DNA from: Thermoplasmatota archaeon
GTDB taxonomy: Archaea; Thermoplasmatota; Penumbrarchaeia; Penumbrarchaeales; Penumbrarchaeaceae
Assembly (NCBI GenBank): GCA_029762535.1
Contig: JARVGK010000003.1
Span: 64,001 to 128,000, forward strand
Length of the DNA: 64,000 nt
Direction: 5' to 3'
Position numbers and translations under genes: made by a program. Of this stretch, positions 47,823 through 57,667 are shown one piece after another (position 1 is the first letter of the stretch; every line of letters starts with the position of its first letter). The notes beneath the pieces were generated by a model. That model was given only the letters and a program-made list of their open reading frames with translations. It was not told the DNA's origin and did no database searches.

Positions 47823-49580
47823 TCATTTGATATTGCGGAGGAAGCCCCTCTCGATCCACTGCTTGAACTTTTCCTTATCCTGGGCTTTCACCTCGACGAC
47901 GTCCCCTGCCTTGTACTTCGTCCTCGTGGACCAGTCCACGAACTTCGATGCCACCTCGTACCTGTCGATCCGGTCGTCGAGGGTCATGAGGTCTATTCTG
48001 CCCTTGACCTCGGAGTAGTTCCCCGGGAACACCTTCATCTCCCCGTCGTTGAGGACGGCGGTCCGGGTGCAGATCCCGTCCAGCAGATACCTGTCGTGGG
48101 ACACGAGTATTATCGTCCCCGTGTAGTTCGAAAGCCCTTTTTCCACCGCGTCCCTGGACCTGATGTCAAGGTAATTTGTCGGCTCGTCCAGGACGAGCAG
48201 GTTCCTTCCCGATACCATGAGGTTCGCCAGGGCCACCCTCGCCCTCTCCCCGCCGGAGAGGGTGGAGATCCTCCTCTCAGCGTCAGTCCCCGTTATCAGA
48301 AAGCTCGAGAGGGTCTTCCTGGCAATGGCCTTGCCGTCCGGGCCCGTGGCCCTCATCAACTGCTCCTCGGGGCTGAGTTCAGGGTCGAGGCCGTCGTGGG
48401 CCTGGGCGAAGTACCCTATGGTGGCCCCAGGAGCTAGCCAGAACTTCCCTTTGTGCGGGAGCTCTCCCATGAGCGCCTTGATGAAGGTGGATTTCCCGGA
48501 ACCGTTGGGGCCGAATATACCCAGCCTCTCTCCTGCATCAAGGTCCAGCTCCCCCAGCCTTATAACGGGCGTTCCATTCCTCTCGATCACCATGTCCCTT
48601 GCCATGATCACGTTCACCCCGCCCCTGGGGGTGGTCCGGATGCTGAAGTCCATCTTCTTATCCCGGACGGGAGCCTCCTTCACGGCGGTCTTGTCAAGGA
48701 GTCGTTTCCTGGTCTTGAAGGTGGTCATATATCCCCACCTCCTCTTCTGCTCGGCGATGATCCTCTCCTGTCTCTGTCTCTCGGCGAGGTTCTTCTGCGC
48801 ATCCTTGGTCCTCTGCCCCTCCTCCATCTCCCTTGCCATCGTGTACTCGGTGAACGATCCGTTGTAGGACCTCGTCAAACCGGATCGGACCTCGACGATC
48901 CTCGTCGCGACACGGTCCAGGAAATATCGATCGTGCGATATCGTGACGATAGCGCCCGGAAAGTCGATGAGCATGTCCTCGAGCCACTCGATGGTGCCCA
49001 CGTCCAGGTGGCTCGTGGGCTCGTCGAGGAAGAGGACGTCAACGTCCTTGGACTGGACCAGTATCCTCGCTAGCATGACCTTGGTCACCTCGCCGCCGGA
49101 GAGCTCCGACATTCGACGCTCCAGAAGGTTTAGCGGCATCTCCAGCTTTTCCAGCGCTTCCGCCGTGTAGGTGGTGGAATACTTCGCCCGGTCCGAGGCG
49201 TATTCCTCCTGCAGCTTCCCGTACTCGGCGTTGATCGCCTCCCAGTCCGCGTCCGGATAGGACATCATATCCTCCAGCTCGGAGATCCTCCTCGTCACAT
49301 TCGAGGTCCTCCCGTAGGGGGCCTCTATGATGTCCTTGACTTTTGATGCAGGGGCGAAGTCCGGGATCTGGGGCAGGTATCCGATCCTGTCCGTTCTGAT
49401 GCGAATATCCCCTGAATCGGGTTTGACATACCCCATAAGCATTCGGATGAGCGTGGTCTTTCCCGCCCCGTTGTCTCCAACGAGGCCAATACTGTCCCCT
49501 TCCTCTATGATCAGGGAGGCGGATCCTATCACCTCTTTGTGGCCATATATCTTGGATAAGGATTCCGCACGGATCAGCAT
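47823..49580 (-). CDS. ABC-F family ATPase
   Basis: Two NBDs (GDNGAGKT/LSGGE/LDEPTSHLD and GPNGSGKS/LSGGE/LDEPTNYLD), SHDRY twice, no TM. Confidence 0.95.
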   Translation of the reverse strand: MLIRAESLSKIYGHKEVIGSASLIIEEGDSIGLVGDNGAGKTTLIRMLMGYVKPDSGDIRIRTDRIGYLPQIPDFAPASKVKDIIEAPYGRTSNVTRRISELEDMMSYPDADWEAINAEYGKLQEEYASDRAKYSTTYTAEALEKLEMPLNLLERRMSELSGGEVTKVMLARILVQSKDVDVLFLDEPTSHLDVGTIEWLEDMLIDFPGAIVTISHDRYFLDRVATRIVEVRSGLTRSYNGSFTEYTMAREMEEGQRTKDAQKNLAERQRQERIIAEQKRRWGYMTTFKTRKRLLDKTAVKEAPVRDKKMDFSIRTTPRGGVNVIMARDMVIERNGTPVIRLGELDLDAGERLGIFGPNGSGKSTFIKALMGELPHKGKFWLAPGATIGYFAQAHDGLDPELSPEEQLMRATGPDGKAIARKTLSSFLITGTDAERRISTLSGGERARVALANLMVSGRNLLVLDEPTNYLDIRSRDAVEKGLSNYTGTIILVSHDRYLLDGICTRTAVLNDGEMKVFPGNYSEVKGRIDLMTLDDRIDRYEVASKFVDWSTRTKYKAGDVVEVKAQDKEKFKQWIERGFLRNIK

Positions 49581-49666
49581 CGTGCGGGAGTAGGTGACCC
49601 TCGAATAAATAATCGATGGGGGTCATCTAATTAAACCTGAAAATATATTGACCGACGGGAGAAGCA

Positions 49667-50869
49667 GTGAGAGCACCGATCGCGGCAGCATCCGTCCTCA
49701 TTCTGTTATTCGTCTCTCTCCTCGGGTCTTTCAACGCATTTGCAGGAGATGGGACGGTGTCGGACGGCATCTCATTTGACGTGACGATCGTCAGGGATTA
49801 CGAGTCCGGTCAGATCCTCTGGCCTCCGGTGATCGGCGAGGACGTGCTATGTTACACCCTTTTCCAATACCCTCGATCGACATTCCCGGTGGAATTCGAT
49901 TATGATCTGGTCCTCATCGATACCCGAACGATGCTCGAGGTGGACCTGGGACTCGAGGGACAACAGTTCTACCCCCATACAGACGGTTCATTGTTGACCT
50001 TCATGCGCTCCGTGGACCTCGTGGTCATGGACATCCGAACGGGGGATAAGGTCATCCTGAATGTGAGCACCTCGGAATTCTTGTTGAGCGGAGGGCATAT
50101 CTTTGTCGTCCAGAACCAGATGAACAGCGGTGATATCCTGTCCTACGATATTCGGGGAGGGACCTGGAACAGGATCACCGATAGCCCTTTCGATGAGGAG
50201 ATGCTGGCCGTTCGCGGGGACAGGTTGGCATACGTTAAGGTTTACAGCGGTGGATCGGTCGTGTGCCATAACGACGTCGTGGGGGGAAAGGAGACGGTGA
50301 TATCAGATCCTTCATCCAATATCATGTCCCTCTCCATGGACCGGAGGCATGTTATATGGGCCCAGGACGAGGGCATCCTGCTTCACGACATGGAGAAGGC
50401 CATAACGAGGACTATCGCCCCTGGTATGAAGGTCGGAGGCCTCTCGATAGACGGAGATATCGCGGTCTGGTCGGGAAGGTTCGACCGGACAACATATCGG
50501 AACAACCTGTTCCTGCATCACATCCCCTCGGGCAGGACGGTCGAGCTGTTCATGAACGCCTCCTCCCAGTTACATCCCTCGATCTCCGGGAACAGGATAT
50601 TCTATATCGAGAAGGATAAGAAGAGCGAGAGGGTGATGATGATAGAGATAACATCGATGCCGTCATATGGACCCCGAACATGGGGTCTGCCATCTAACGC
50701 CTCGAGCGCATATCCCTTGCTTCTCGCAGGGGACCTGACCTTGGTCCTTCTCCTTGCCTCTGCCGTCTTTCTGAGAGAAGGATCACCAACAGCGCGCCCA
50801 GGAGGATCGCGAGGACCATCGCGGACAGGACGGGGCGCAGGTCCCTTGAGGGGGCGTCCTCCTCCATAA
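49667..50869 (+). CDS. Secreted beta-propeller-repeat protein (TolB-like)
   Basis: Signal peptide; repeats such as QFYPHTDG, SIDGDIAVW and QLHPSISGNRIFY; hydrophobic segment near the C-terminus. Confidence 0.75.
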   Translation: MRAPIAAASVLILLFVSLLGSFNAFAGDGTVSDGISFDVTIVRDYESGQILWPPVIGEDVLCYTLFQYPRSTFPVEFDYDLVLIDTRTMLEVDLGLEGQQFYPHTDGSLLTFMRSVDLVVMDIRTGDKVILNVSTSEFLLSGGHIFVVQNQMNSGDILSYDIRGGTWNRITDSPFDEEMLAVRGDRLAYVKVYSGGSVVCHNDVVGGKETVISDPSSNIMSLSMDRRHVIWAQDEGILLHDMEKAITRTIAPGMKVGGLSIDGDIAVWSGRFDRTTYRNNLFLHHIPSGRTVELFMNASSQLHPSISGNRIFYIEKDKKSERVMMIEITSMPSYGPRTWGLPSNASSAYPLLLAGDLTLVLLLASAVFLREGSPTARPGGSRGPSRTGRGAGPLRGRPPP

Positions 50870-52478
50870 CCCTGATGGTTACGTATGAGCTGGCCGTCGA
50901 TCCGTAGCCGTCCATTCCGGTGACGAATACCGCGTAAAGTCCCGGTTCGTCGAAGGTGTAGGAGGCGCTCGTCCCGTCTATTTCCATATGATCCTGGTGA
51001 GACGGGACGTGCCATCTGCATGAGGCGAGGCCTCCATCAGCATGATGTGGGACGGCCTCGAGGTCCACCCGATAGGGGGCCCCGCCTTCGGTCCCGCTTA
51101 ATCGTATCTCCATGAACAGATCGCTCTCGCGGACCTCTATCGTTACAGAGGCCTCGGCCAAAGCCAGATCGTCGTCCCATGCGAAGAGACGGATCCTGTG
51201 AACCCCCACATCGAGAGTGATCGCCCCCTCCTTGAGCTCTCCTGCTCTTCCCTTCATAACGGCCATGGAGTTCACTATCATCCCGTCCTCGTCAGACGCT
51301 TCCCATGTGATATTGACGGTGAGCGGGGCCTTCCCGTGTAGTTTGTCGGAGCGGATCTTGGCCGAGGGCGGCTTGTTGTTCGGCGCCGCATCGCTCCAGG
51401 TCAGATGCTCGAGCAGATATGTGTTGCTCACATTGATGAGCGCCACATGCAAACCGTTCTCATCGAAAAGGGAATCCACCTCGGTAGGAAAACATAGATG
51501 GATACCGCAGCTCATATGAAGTTCAGGGTCCAGATATGCGTTGTCGAGAAGCCTCATGCTCGAGTTTCTATCGATACCCAGGCTCAGTAGGTTGAGCCTG
51601 TAGGACTCATCGTACAGAAGAGCAGCGATATCTCCGCTCGGATATTCTCCGCACAGTATCAACAGCCCAAAATGGTCCCTGAACCGCCAAATGCCATCAA
51701 CCCGCTCCGCGATGCGAGATCGGTAAGTTTGGAGATTGGAGGGGTCCCGGTAGGATACCATCAATCGATCGCCGATGACCTTTACGGTCGGCATGTACCA
51801 TTCGCCGAAGATCTCCGCGGTCTGTATCACCTCATCGCTCCATGAGCCGAGCCATCTCGTCCAAAGGGATATGCTATCGGAATACGCGACGCAAAGGTAT
51901 GCGGTATCGCCATGTGCCGCTATCGCCATTTGAAAGGAGTGGCCCATATCCAGCTCCATGATGGACCGGGGCATGAACCCGCCGTCGAGGACGGCCTCTA
52001 CCAGTGAAACATCGTTCCTGTAAACGATAAGGGGTCCCTCATCGATAATGACGAGCTTCGGCTGCTCTCCCACACATAACTGGGTGTAGTTCCATTCCTC
52101 ACCCATCGAGTATCCGTGCATTATCTGCTTCTCGCCGTTCGGGGGCCCCATCGTGAAGACGATATGCGATGAGCCTTCCGGGCCGATGGCGTAGGTGAGA
52201 TCGTCAAGGACGGCGATGGTGCTATCGATCCTCCACAAGGTCCTTCGGCCCCACACACCATCATGGAATGAGGCTAAAACGATCTTCTGTTCCGTACCAG
52301 TGGCTGTGATATATGCTATTGTGGGCCCCTCCGCCATGGAGATGTCGGAGATCCCATCTTCCGAGGCGTCAACTACGCTGATGTTGATATAGGCATCATC
52401 CGGCAGGGAAGCATCCGAGTGGGGCAGGGCAGGGATCGATGCGAGGATGATGAAGAAGATGACGCACGAAACGCGCAT
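50694..52478 (-). CDS. PKD-domain surface protein with C-terminal TM
   Basis: Signal peptide; NKPPSAKI..GKAPLTVNI..SDEDG and SYTFDEPGLY; TM AMVLAILLGALLVILL. Confidence 0.78.
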   Translation of the reverse strand: MRVSCVIFFIILASIPALPHSDASLPDDAYINISVVDASEDGISDISMAEGPTIAYITATGTEQKIVLASFHDGVWGRRTLWRIDSTIAVLDDLTYAIGPEGSSHIVFTMGPPNGEKQIMHGYSMGEEWNYTQLCVGEQPKLVIIDEGPLIVYRNDVSLVEAVLDGGFMPRSIMELDMGHSFQMAIAAHGDTAYLCVAYSDSISLWTRWLGSWSDEVIQTAEIFGEWYMPTVKVIGDRLMVSYRDPSNLQTYRSRIAERVDGIWRFRDHFGLLILCGEYPSGDIAALLYDESYRLNLLSLGIDRNSSMRLLDNAYLDPELHMSCGIHLCFPTEVDSLFDENGLHVALINVSNTYLLEHLTWSDAAPNNKPPSAKIRSDKLHGKAPLTVNITWEASDEDGMIVNSMAVMKGRAGELKEGAITLDVGVHRIRLFAWDDDLALAEASVTIEVRESDLFMEIRLSGTEGGAPYRVDLEAVPHHADGGLASCRWHVPSHQDHMEIDGTSASYTFDEPGLYAVFVTGMDGYGSTASSYVTIRVMEEDAPSRDLRPVLSAMVLAILLGALLVILLSERRQRQGEGPRSGPLREARDMRSRR

Positions 52479-52502
52479 GATGCATCATCGCCCTGAAGGT
52501 TA

Positions 52503-53093
52503 TTAAAGCCGTATGCTGCCGAACTTCTCCGGGTGCTTCCCCTCTATCCCTTCGTAGAAACGGGCTATGACCTCCATGTCCTTTTCCTGATCCCCGGTAA
52601 GGGTGTAGAACCTTCCGATCCCCCCCTCCTTCTTCTTGAAATCGAGATATCCGAATCCCAAGGGAACCCCGGCCCCCAGAGCGATGTGGTAGAACCCGCT
52701 CTTCCAACGTTCGGTCCTCTTCCTTGTCCCCTCGGGGGTGATGGTTATCATGAGCTCATCCATCTCCCTGAAGGCCTTTATTGTCTGATCCACCCGGTTC
52801 ATGGTCTTGCTTCTTTCAATAGGGATCCCGCCCAACCATCTGAAGAACCAACCCAAAGGAGGCTTGAACAGCGAATGTTTGCCGAACCAATGTCCCTTGA
52901 TATCCGTGGCGAACGCGATCGTGAAGATGATGACGAAATCCCAGTTGGAGGTATGCGGAGCGAGTATCAACAGGTACTTCTCATGTCCCGAAGGCCCGCC
53001 AACCGCCTTCCATCCGGTCGATCCGAGAAGGATCCTGGATAGCCTCCTCAGAGCAGGGTAGATGACGGGTGTGTCGAATATGGTCCGCTGCAT
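52503..53093 (-). CDS. Lysophospholipid acyltransferase family (PlsC-like)
   Basis: HTSNWD (HX4D), GGIPIER, TPEGTR and WKSGFYHIA. Confidence 0.92.
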   Translation of the reverse strand: MQRTIFDTPVIYPALRRLSRILLGSTGWKAVGGPSGHEKYLLILAPHTSNWDFVIIFTIAFATDIKGHWFGKHSLFKPPLGWFFRWLGGIPIERSKTMNRVDQTIKAFREMDELMITITPEGTRKRTERWKSGFYHIALGAGVPLGFGYLDFKKKEGGIGRFYTLTGDQEKDMEVIARFYEGIEGKHPEKFGSIRL

Positions 53094-53220
53094 TGAACTA
53101 CTCCCGATACGGACCGTTAATGCGCGGCAATAATAAAAAACATGCTGGGTCTATCGCCCTCCGAGAAAACTTATATCGGCGCATCCGTTTATTGGTGTCG
53201 CGAAAGGGCGTGGTCCGAAG

Positions 53221-54693
53221 ATGTTGTACGATCGTCTGCAGAGATACTTCTCCATGAGCAGCGAGGAGGTAATTCGAAACCAGGAGGATAAGCTCAGGGA
53301 TTTCATACAGCATCAGCTGTACCCTTTCTCCCCATATTACAGGAGGCTCTTCGATGACAAAGGGATCGATCCCCGTTCTATAAGGAGGATCAAGGACCTC
53401 GAGCTGGTCCCGCTCACGAGGAAAGAGGACATCATGCCCTCACCTGAGAACCCAAAACGCTACAAGGACTTCATTCTTCAGCCGGACCCTGAAAAGATAA
53501 AGAGGCACTGGCCGAAGAGCGTGCTGGCCGGGATGAGGCTCAAGGAGCTGGTGGGCATCGATGTCAAGAAGGAGATCAGGGAGGAATACTACCCGAGCTT
53601 CATGATAGCTACATCCGGCACGACCGGGAACAACGTCCCGTTCATGTACACGAGGAAGGACATACTGCAACTTTCCGAGAACTACGCCTATACAAGGGAG
53701 CTCACGGGCATGAAGGACGAGTACGTCCTTCTCAACGTCTTTCCCTTCGCCCCGCATCTCGCCTTCATTTTCGCCTACTGGGTCAATATCGTGAGCAGTA
53801 TCAGGATGTTCCACACCGGTGGGGGGTCGATCACTTCTACCGACAAGACTCTGGATGTCCTTAGGGCCGTCGATGCCAACATCTTGGTCGGGATCCCGTC
53901 CTACGTGTATCATCTGTTAAGGAAGGCCCAGGAGAAGGGAACGGACCTCTCCTCGATCAAGCTCATAGGCACTGCTGGTGAGAAGCTATCAAGAGGGGCC
54001 AGGGAGAGGATGCTCGATATTCTCAAGGAAAGGGGCGCCAGGGACGTCGGGATCTTCGACCTGTACGGGACGACCGAGATGAGGGACGCCTACTGCGAAT
54101 GCGCCCCTGGATCGGGGACTTACCACATACATCCCAACATACACATAGCCGAGATCGTGGACCCGCAGACGGGGGAACAGAAGGCCGAGGGTGAGGCCGG
54201 GGCCCTGGCAATAACAAACATAGACGGGAGGGGGACCGTCGTGTGCAGGTACCTCATCGGCGACATATTCGAGGGGGGGCTGAAGTACGGAAAATGCCCT
54301 CACTGCGGTTGCAGCGTACCGAGGCTGGTCGGGCCCATAGGCAGGATGAGGGACTATTCCAGCAAGCTAGAGATGGCGAAGCTGAAGGGGACGCTCCTCA
54401 ACCTCAACGTCTTCCACGAGCTCCTGCCGGGGATAGATGGAGTTGATGAATGGCAGGTCATACTCGAGAAGAAGAACGACGACCCGCACGATCTTGATAT
54501 ACTCAGGATTAACATCGCCCCCGCCCCCGGTTACGATGCGGCCGATCTGAAGCGTGTCGTCGGCGATGCGGTCAACGACGCCATCGAGATAAAGGCCCTG
54601 GTCGATACCAGCTTCACCTCTGACCAGCTATTCGAAGCGATGGGGGGCAAGCTCAAGACGAAGAGGATCCTGGACAGAAGGCCCAGGGATTGA
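53221..54693 (+). CDS. Phenylacetate-CoA-ligase-like (PaaK/F390 family) adenylating enzyme
   Basis: SPYYRRLF, PLTRKEDI, TSGTTG, AGE, LYGTTE and RYLIGD. Confidence 0.82.
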   Translation: MLYDRLQRYFSMSSEEVIRNQEDKLRDFIQHQLYPFSPYYRRLFDDKGIDPRSIRRIKDLELVPLTRKEDIMPSPENPKRYKDFILQPDPEKIKRHWPKSVLAGMRLKELVGIDVKKEIREEYYPSFMIATSGTTGNNVPFMYTRKDILQLSENYAYTRELTGMKDEYVLLNVFPFAPHLAFIFAYWVNIVSSIRMFHTGGGSITSTDKTLDVLRAVDANILVGIPSYVYHLLRKAQEKGTDLSSIKLIGTAGEKLSRGARERMLDILKERGARDVGIFDLYGTTEMRDAYCECAPGSGTYHIHPNIHIAEIVDPQTGEQKAEGEAGALAITNIDGRGTVVCRYLIGDIFEGGLKYGKCPHCGCSVPRLVGPIGRMRDYSSKLEMAKLKGTLLNLNVFHELLPGIDGVDEWQVILEKKNDDPHDLDILRINIAPAPGYDAADLKRVVGDAVNDAIEIKALVDTSFTSDQLFEAMGGKLKTKRILDRRPRD

Positions 54694-54702
54694 GATATTC
54701 CC

Positions 54703-55170
54703 TCACTTCTTCTTGCATCCTTTTCGAGTGGGCCTGACGAGCATCACCGGGCAGCAAGCGTGTCTGGACACGTATTCGGCGACGGAGCCCAGAAGAAGGG
54801 ACGTGATCATGTTCCTGCCCTGGGACCCCATCACGATGAGGTCGAAATCATCCGAGGCTTCGACTATCTCCGATGATATGTTGCCTTTGGCGATGACGGT
54901 GTCGATAATGATGTCGTTCTCCTTACCCATCTTCTTGAACTTTTTGAGGTACTTCTCAACAGCGTTCACGCTCTCGCTCTCGATGAGGGTTATGGCGGAG
55001 TTTATCTCGGCCCCCTCGAAGCCCGTGTAGGAGAGTGATACCGGCTCGATGACGTGCAGGACCGTCAGTTTACCGTCTATCAGCTCGACCAGGGAGAGGG
55101 CCTTCTTGAAGGCCAGCTCGCTGAGTTCCGATCCGTCCACGGGGACTAGTATCCTCTTGAAATCCTTCAT
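54703..55170 (-). CDS. Universal stress protein
   Basis: RILVPVDGSELS and DLIVMGSQG..LLGSVAEYVSRHACCPVMLV. Confidence 0.95.
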   Translation of the reverse strand: MKDFKRILVPVDGSELSELAFKKALSLVELIDGKLTVLHVIEPVSLSYTGFEGAEINSAITLIESESVNAVEKYLKKFKKMGKENDIIIDTVIAKGNISSEIVEASDDFDLIVMGSQGRNMITSLLLGSVAEYVSRHACCPVMLVRPTRKGCKKK

Positions 55171-55222
55171 GTGGTCACCGATCGATAAATGTGCTCTCTG
55201 ACGTATAATATTTGGGGTCGGC

Positions 55223-56215
55223 CTATATTTCCTTTTTTGGGATCCTCAGCATCTTCATGTATTGGGCCCTGGTGTACGCCTCGGGATCCGGCGAGTTCGC
55301 CATGGACATGCTTCCCCTGAACTCTGATAGGGAGGAGAATCCTTTTGCCTCCATCCATGAGGAGAGGTCATCCAGAGCTGTCCTTATGTGGTCCACGCCG
55401 CTGCGGTATAGGGCGGAGACCATCTGAACGCACGATGCCCCGGCAAGGATGAGCCTGGCAGCGTCCTGTCCGGAGTATATCCCCCCGCTGCCGCAGATGT
55501 CCGCACTGATATGATCGTAGGCTATCCCCGTGAACCGCAGAGGCAGCTTGTGGTCCCCCTTGTAAGAGAGGTCGTTCTCGTATGCGGGGGTGAGGGTCTC
55601 GGTGTCTATGGTCGGCTGCAGGAACCTGTTGAACAGGACCAGGCCGTCCACACCTATTCGGTCCAGGGTGGTCATGAAGTTGAGGGGGTTCGTGTAGAAA
55701 GGGCTCAATTTGACGCTGAGCGGGACCTTGACGGCCTGCTTGACCGCCTCGAATATCCTCACCTGCTCGAGCTCGATGGAGTTCGAGTCCAGGTTGTGAT
55801 CGACGGGCGTCGAGTACATGTTCAGCTCCAATCCCGCGATCCCCGTACCCTCTAACAGTTTGGAGTATTCCACCCATATCTCGAGGTCCACGGCGTTGAG
55901 GCTGGCAATGACGGGAATGTCAAGCTCCTTCACCGCCTTCCTGACCCAGAAAAGATGGTTCTGCGGCCCTCTGTCCCTCAGGGTCGGCATCACATCGACC
56001 ATCTCGGCGTGAAGGTCATCGTACATTCGCATGCGCTCCTCCTCGATGAAGCGCTCCATGCCCTCCTGCTCCTGGAACAGCGATTTGATCACGACCGCTC
56101 CCGCCCCGGCTCCTGCTATCCTGTGAAGCGTGTTCATGTCGGATGTCAGCGAGCTGGCTCCGACGACGATTGGGTTCTTCAGCTTAAGTCCCATGTACTC
56201 CGTTCTCATATCCAT
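55223..56215 (-). CDS. Dihydroorotate dehydrogenase-like flavoprotein
   Basis: YMGLKLKNPIVVGAS, GAVVIKSLF, PVIASLN, VKLSPFYT and GLVLFNRF. Confidence 0.85.
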   Translation of the reverse strand: MDMRTEYMGLKLKNPIVVGASSLTSDMNTLHRIAGAGAGAVVIKSLFQEQEGMERFIEEERMRMYDDLHAEMVDVMPTLRDRGPQNHLFWVRKAVKELDIPVIASLNAVDLEIWVEYSKLLEGTGIAGLELNMYSTPVDHNLDSNSIELEQVRIFEAVKQAVKVPLSVKLSPFYTNPLNFMTTLDRIGVDGLVLFNRFLQPTIDTETLTPAYENDLSYKGDHKLPLRFTGIAYDHISADICGSGGIYSGQDAARLILAGASCVQMVSALYRSGVDHIRTALDDLSSWMEAKGFSSLSEFRGSMSMANSPDPEAYTRAQYMKMLRIPKKEI

Positions 56216-56272
56216 TTATCTTTCCCCCGATCTCCTGTCGATATGTATCGAGATAGATAAAGATGCCCCCTC

Positions 56273-57667
56273 TCATGTATCGCACACTACCTGTGCCCCT
56301 TTCTTCTTTTTCTCAAGCGCGTCCGGCCTGAAGTATGCCTTCAGCCATACGATCCCCGCCATCCCCGCCAGGATGTTCGAGAGCGCGATCCCAAGGAATA
56401 TGCCCTCGAGACCCAGAAGATGACCCCCGATGAGCATGAAGGGTACCATGAAGGCTATCAGCCTGATGATGTTGAGAACGGCCGAGGGCATGGGCCTCCC
56501 CACGGCGTTGAAGGCGGATCCCGCGATGAAGCTTACGCTTATGAGGGTGTATCCCAGGCCCGAGAACACGAAGAAGCGCCAGTACGCGTCAATCACCTCG
56601 GGGTCCGACGTGAACAGTCTGGCAGTGAGCAGAGATGTGGATGAAAGCAGCAGGTATATGAGTATGCCCCATGCCGCGCTCAGCCGGTTCGAGAACCTTA
56701 TGGCCGTCCTCACCCTGTCCCACCTGGAGGCGCCGGAGTTCTGGCCTATGAACGGGATCAGAGCCACGGAGAGAGCTATCGGAGGCATCAGCAGGAGCCC
56801 CTCGAGCCTGGTCCCCGCCCCGAAGCCGGCGACCACCTCCTTTCCGTATCCCGCGAGAATGGCGGTTATGATGGCGGTGTTGACCGGGGCCAGGATATTG
56901 ACGAAGGTCGCCGGGACCCCCACCTTGAGAATGTCCTTCCAGGAACGCAGTATATTTTTGATGGGGACCATCCATTCGACGAGAAGCCCCTCCTCTTTCC
57001 TGAGGACGATCAAGGTCAACGGGAGCGTGACGAACCTCGCGATAACGGTGGCTATCGCGGCCCCTTCCATTCCCAGGGACGGGATCGGTCCGAACCCGAA
57101 TATGAGAATGGGATCCAGAACCACGTTGAGGACCACTGCCGCGATGAGAATGTACATCGGCCTCTTCATGTCCCCAAGGCCTCTTAGAACGCTTCCGCCC
57201 AGTATCGGAACGGATATGAAGACGGCCCCTAGATACCACCAGGTCATGTAGTCCTTGAGCATCTCCAGTATGGACCCGCTCGCCCCCAGTGCGTTGAACA
57301 GGGGCCCCATGGTAGCTATGCCAGTTACCGTCACTGCGATGCCGATGAGCAGCCCCAGGAGCAGGGTGGATATGGTAAGCGCGCTCAACCTGCTCGTTTT
57401 ACATGCGCCCACGGTACGGGAAACGAGCGAGGTCACCCCTGTCCCGATACCTATCGAGATCGAGTTGAAGAAGAACACCGCCGGGAAGGAGAACGATATC
57501 GCGGCGAGTTCGTCCGTGCCCAGCATCCCGACGAATATGGTGTCCACTAAATTGAATAGCAGCATGGAGACGAAGGCGAACACGAGTGGGATCGACAGCC
57601 TGATGAGGGTCGCTCCCACCCGGCCCTCGGTCAGGGCCGCCCTCTTCGCGTTACTGCTACCGGTCAC
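56273..57667 (-). CDS. MATE family efflux transporter
   Basis: NLVDTIFVG, LRGLGDMKRP, NVVLDPILIFG, GAAIAT and FIGQNSGA; about 12 TM. Confidence 0.94.
   Translation of the reverse strand: MTGSSNAKRAALTEGRVGATLIRLSIPLVFAFVSMLLFNLVDTIFVGMLGTDELAAISFSFPAVFFFNSISIGIGTGVTSLVSRTVGACKTSRLSALTISTLLLGLLIGIAVTVTGIATMGPLFNALGASGSILEMLKDYMTWWYLGAVFISVPILGGSVLRGLGDMKRPMYILIAAVVLNVVLDPILIFGFGPIPSLGMEGAAIATVIARFVTLPLTLIVLRKEEGLLVEWMVPIKNILRSWKDILKVGVPATFVNILAPVNTAIITAILAGYGKEVVAGFGAGTRLEGLLLMPPIALSVALIPFIGQNSGASRWDRVRTAIRFSNRLSAAWGILIYLLLSSTSLLTARLFTSDPEVIDAYWRFFVFSGLGYTLISVSFIAGSAFNAVGRPMPSAVLNIIRLIAFMVPFMLIGGHLLGLEGIFLGIALSNILAGMAGIVWLKAYFRPDALEKKKKGAQVVCDT

Noticed and set aside
55223-56215. Calling this gene pyrD
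   Set aside because: It lacks the SCPN catalytic loop, and a canonical pyrD-pyrK pair is at 62417-64000
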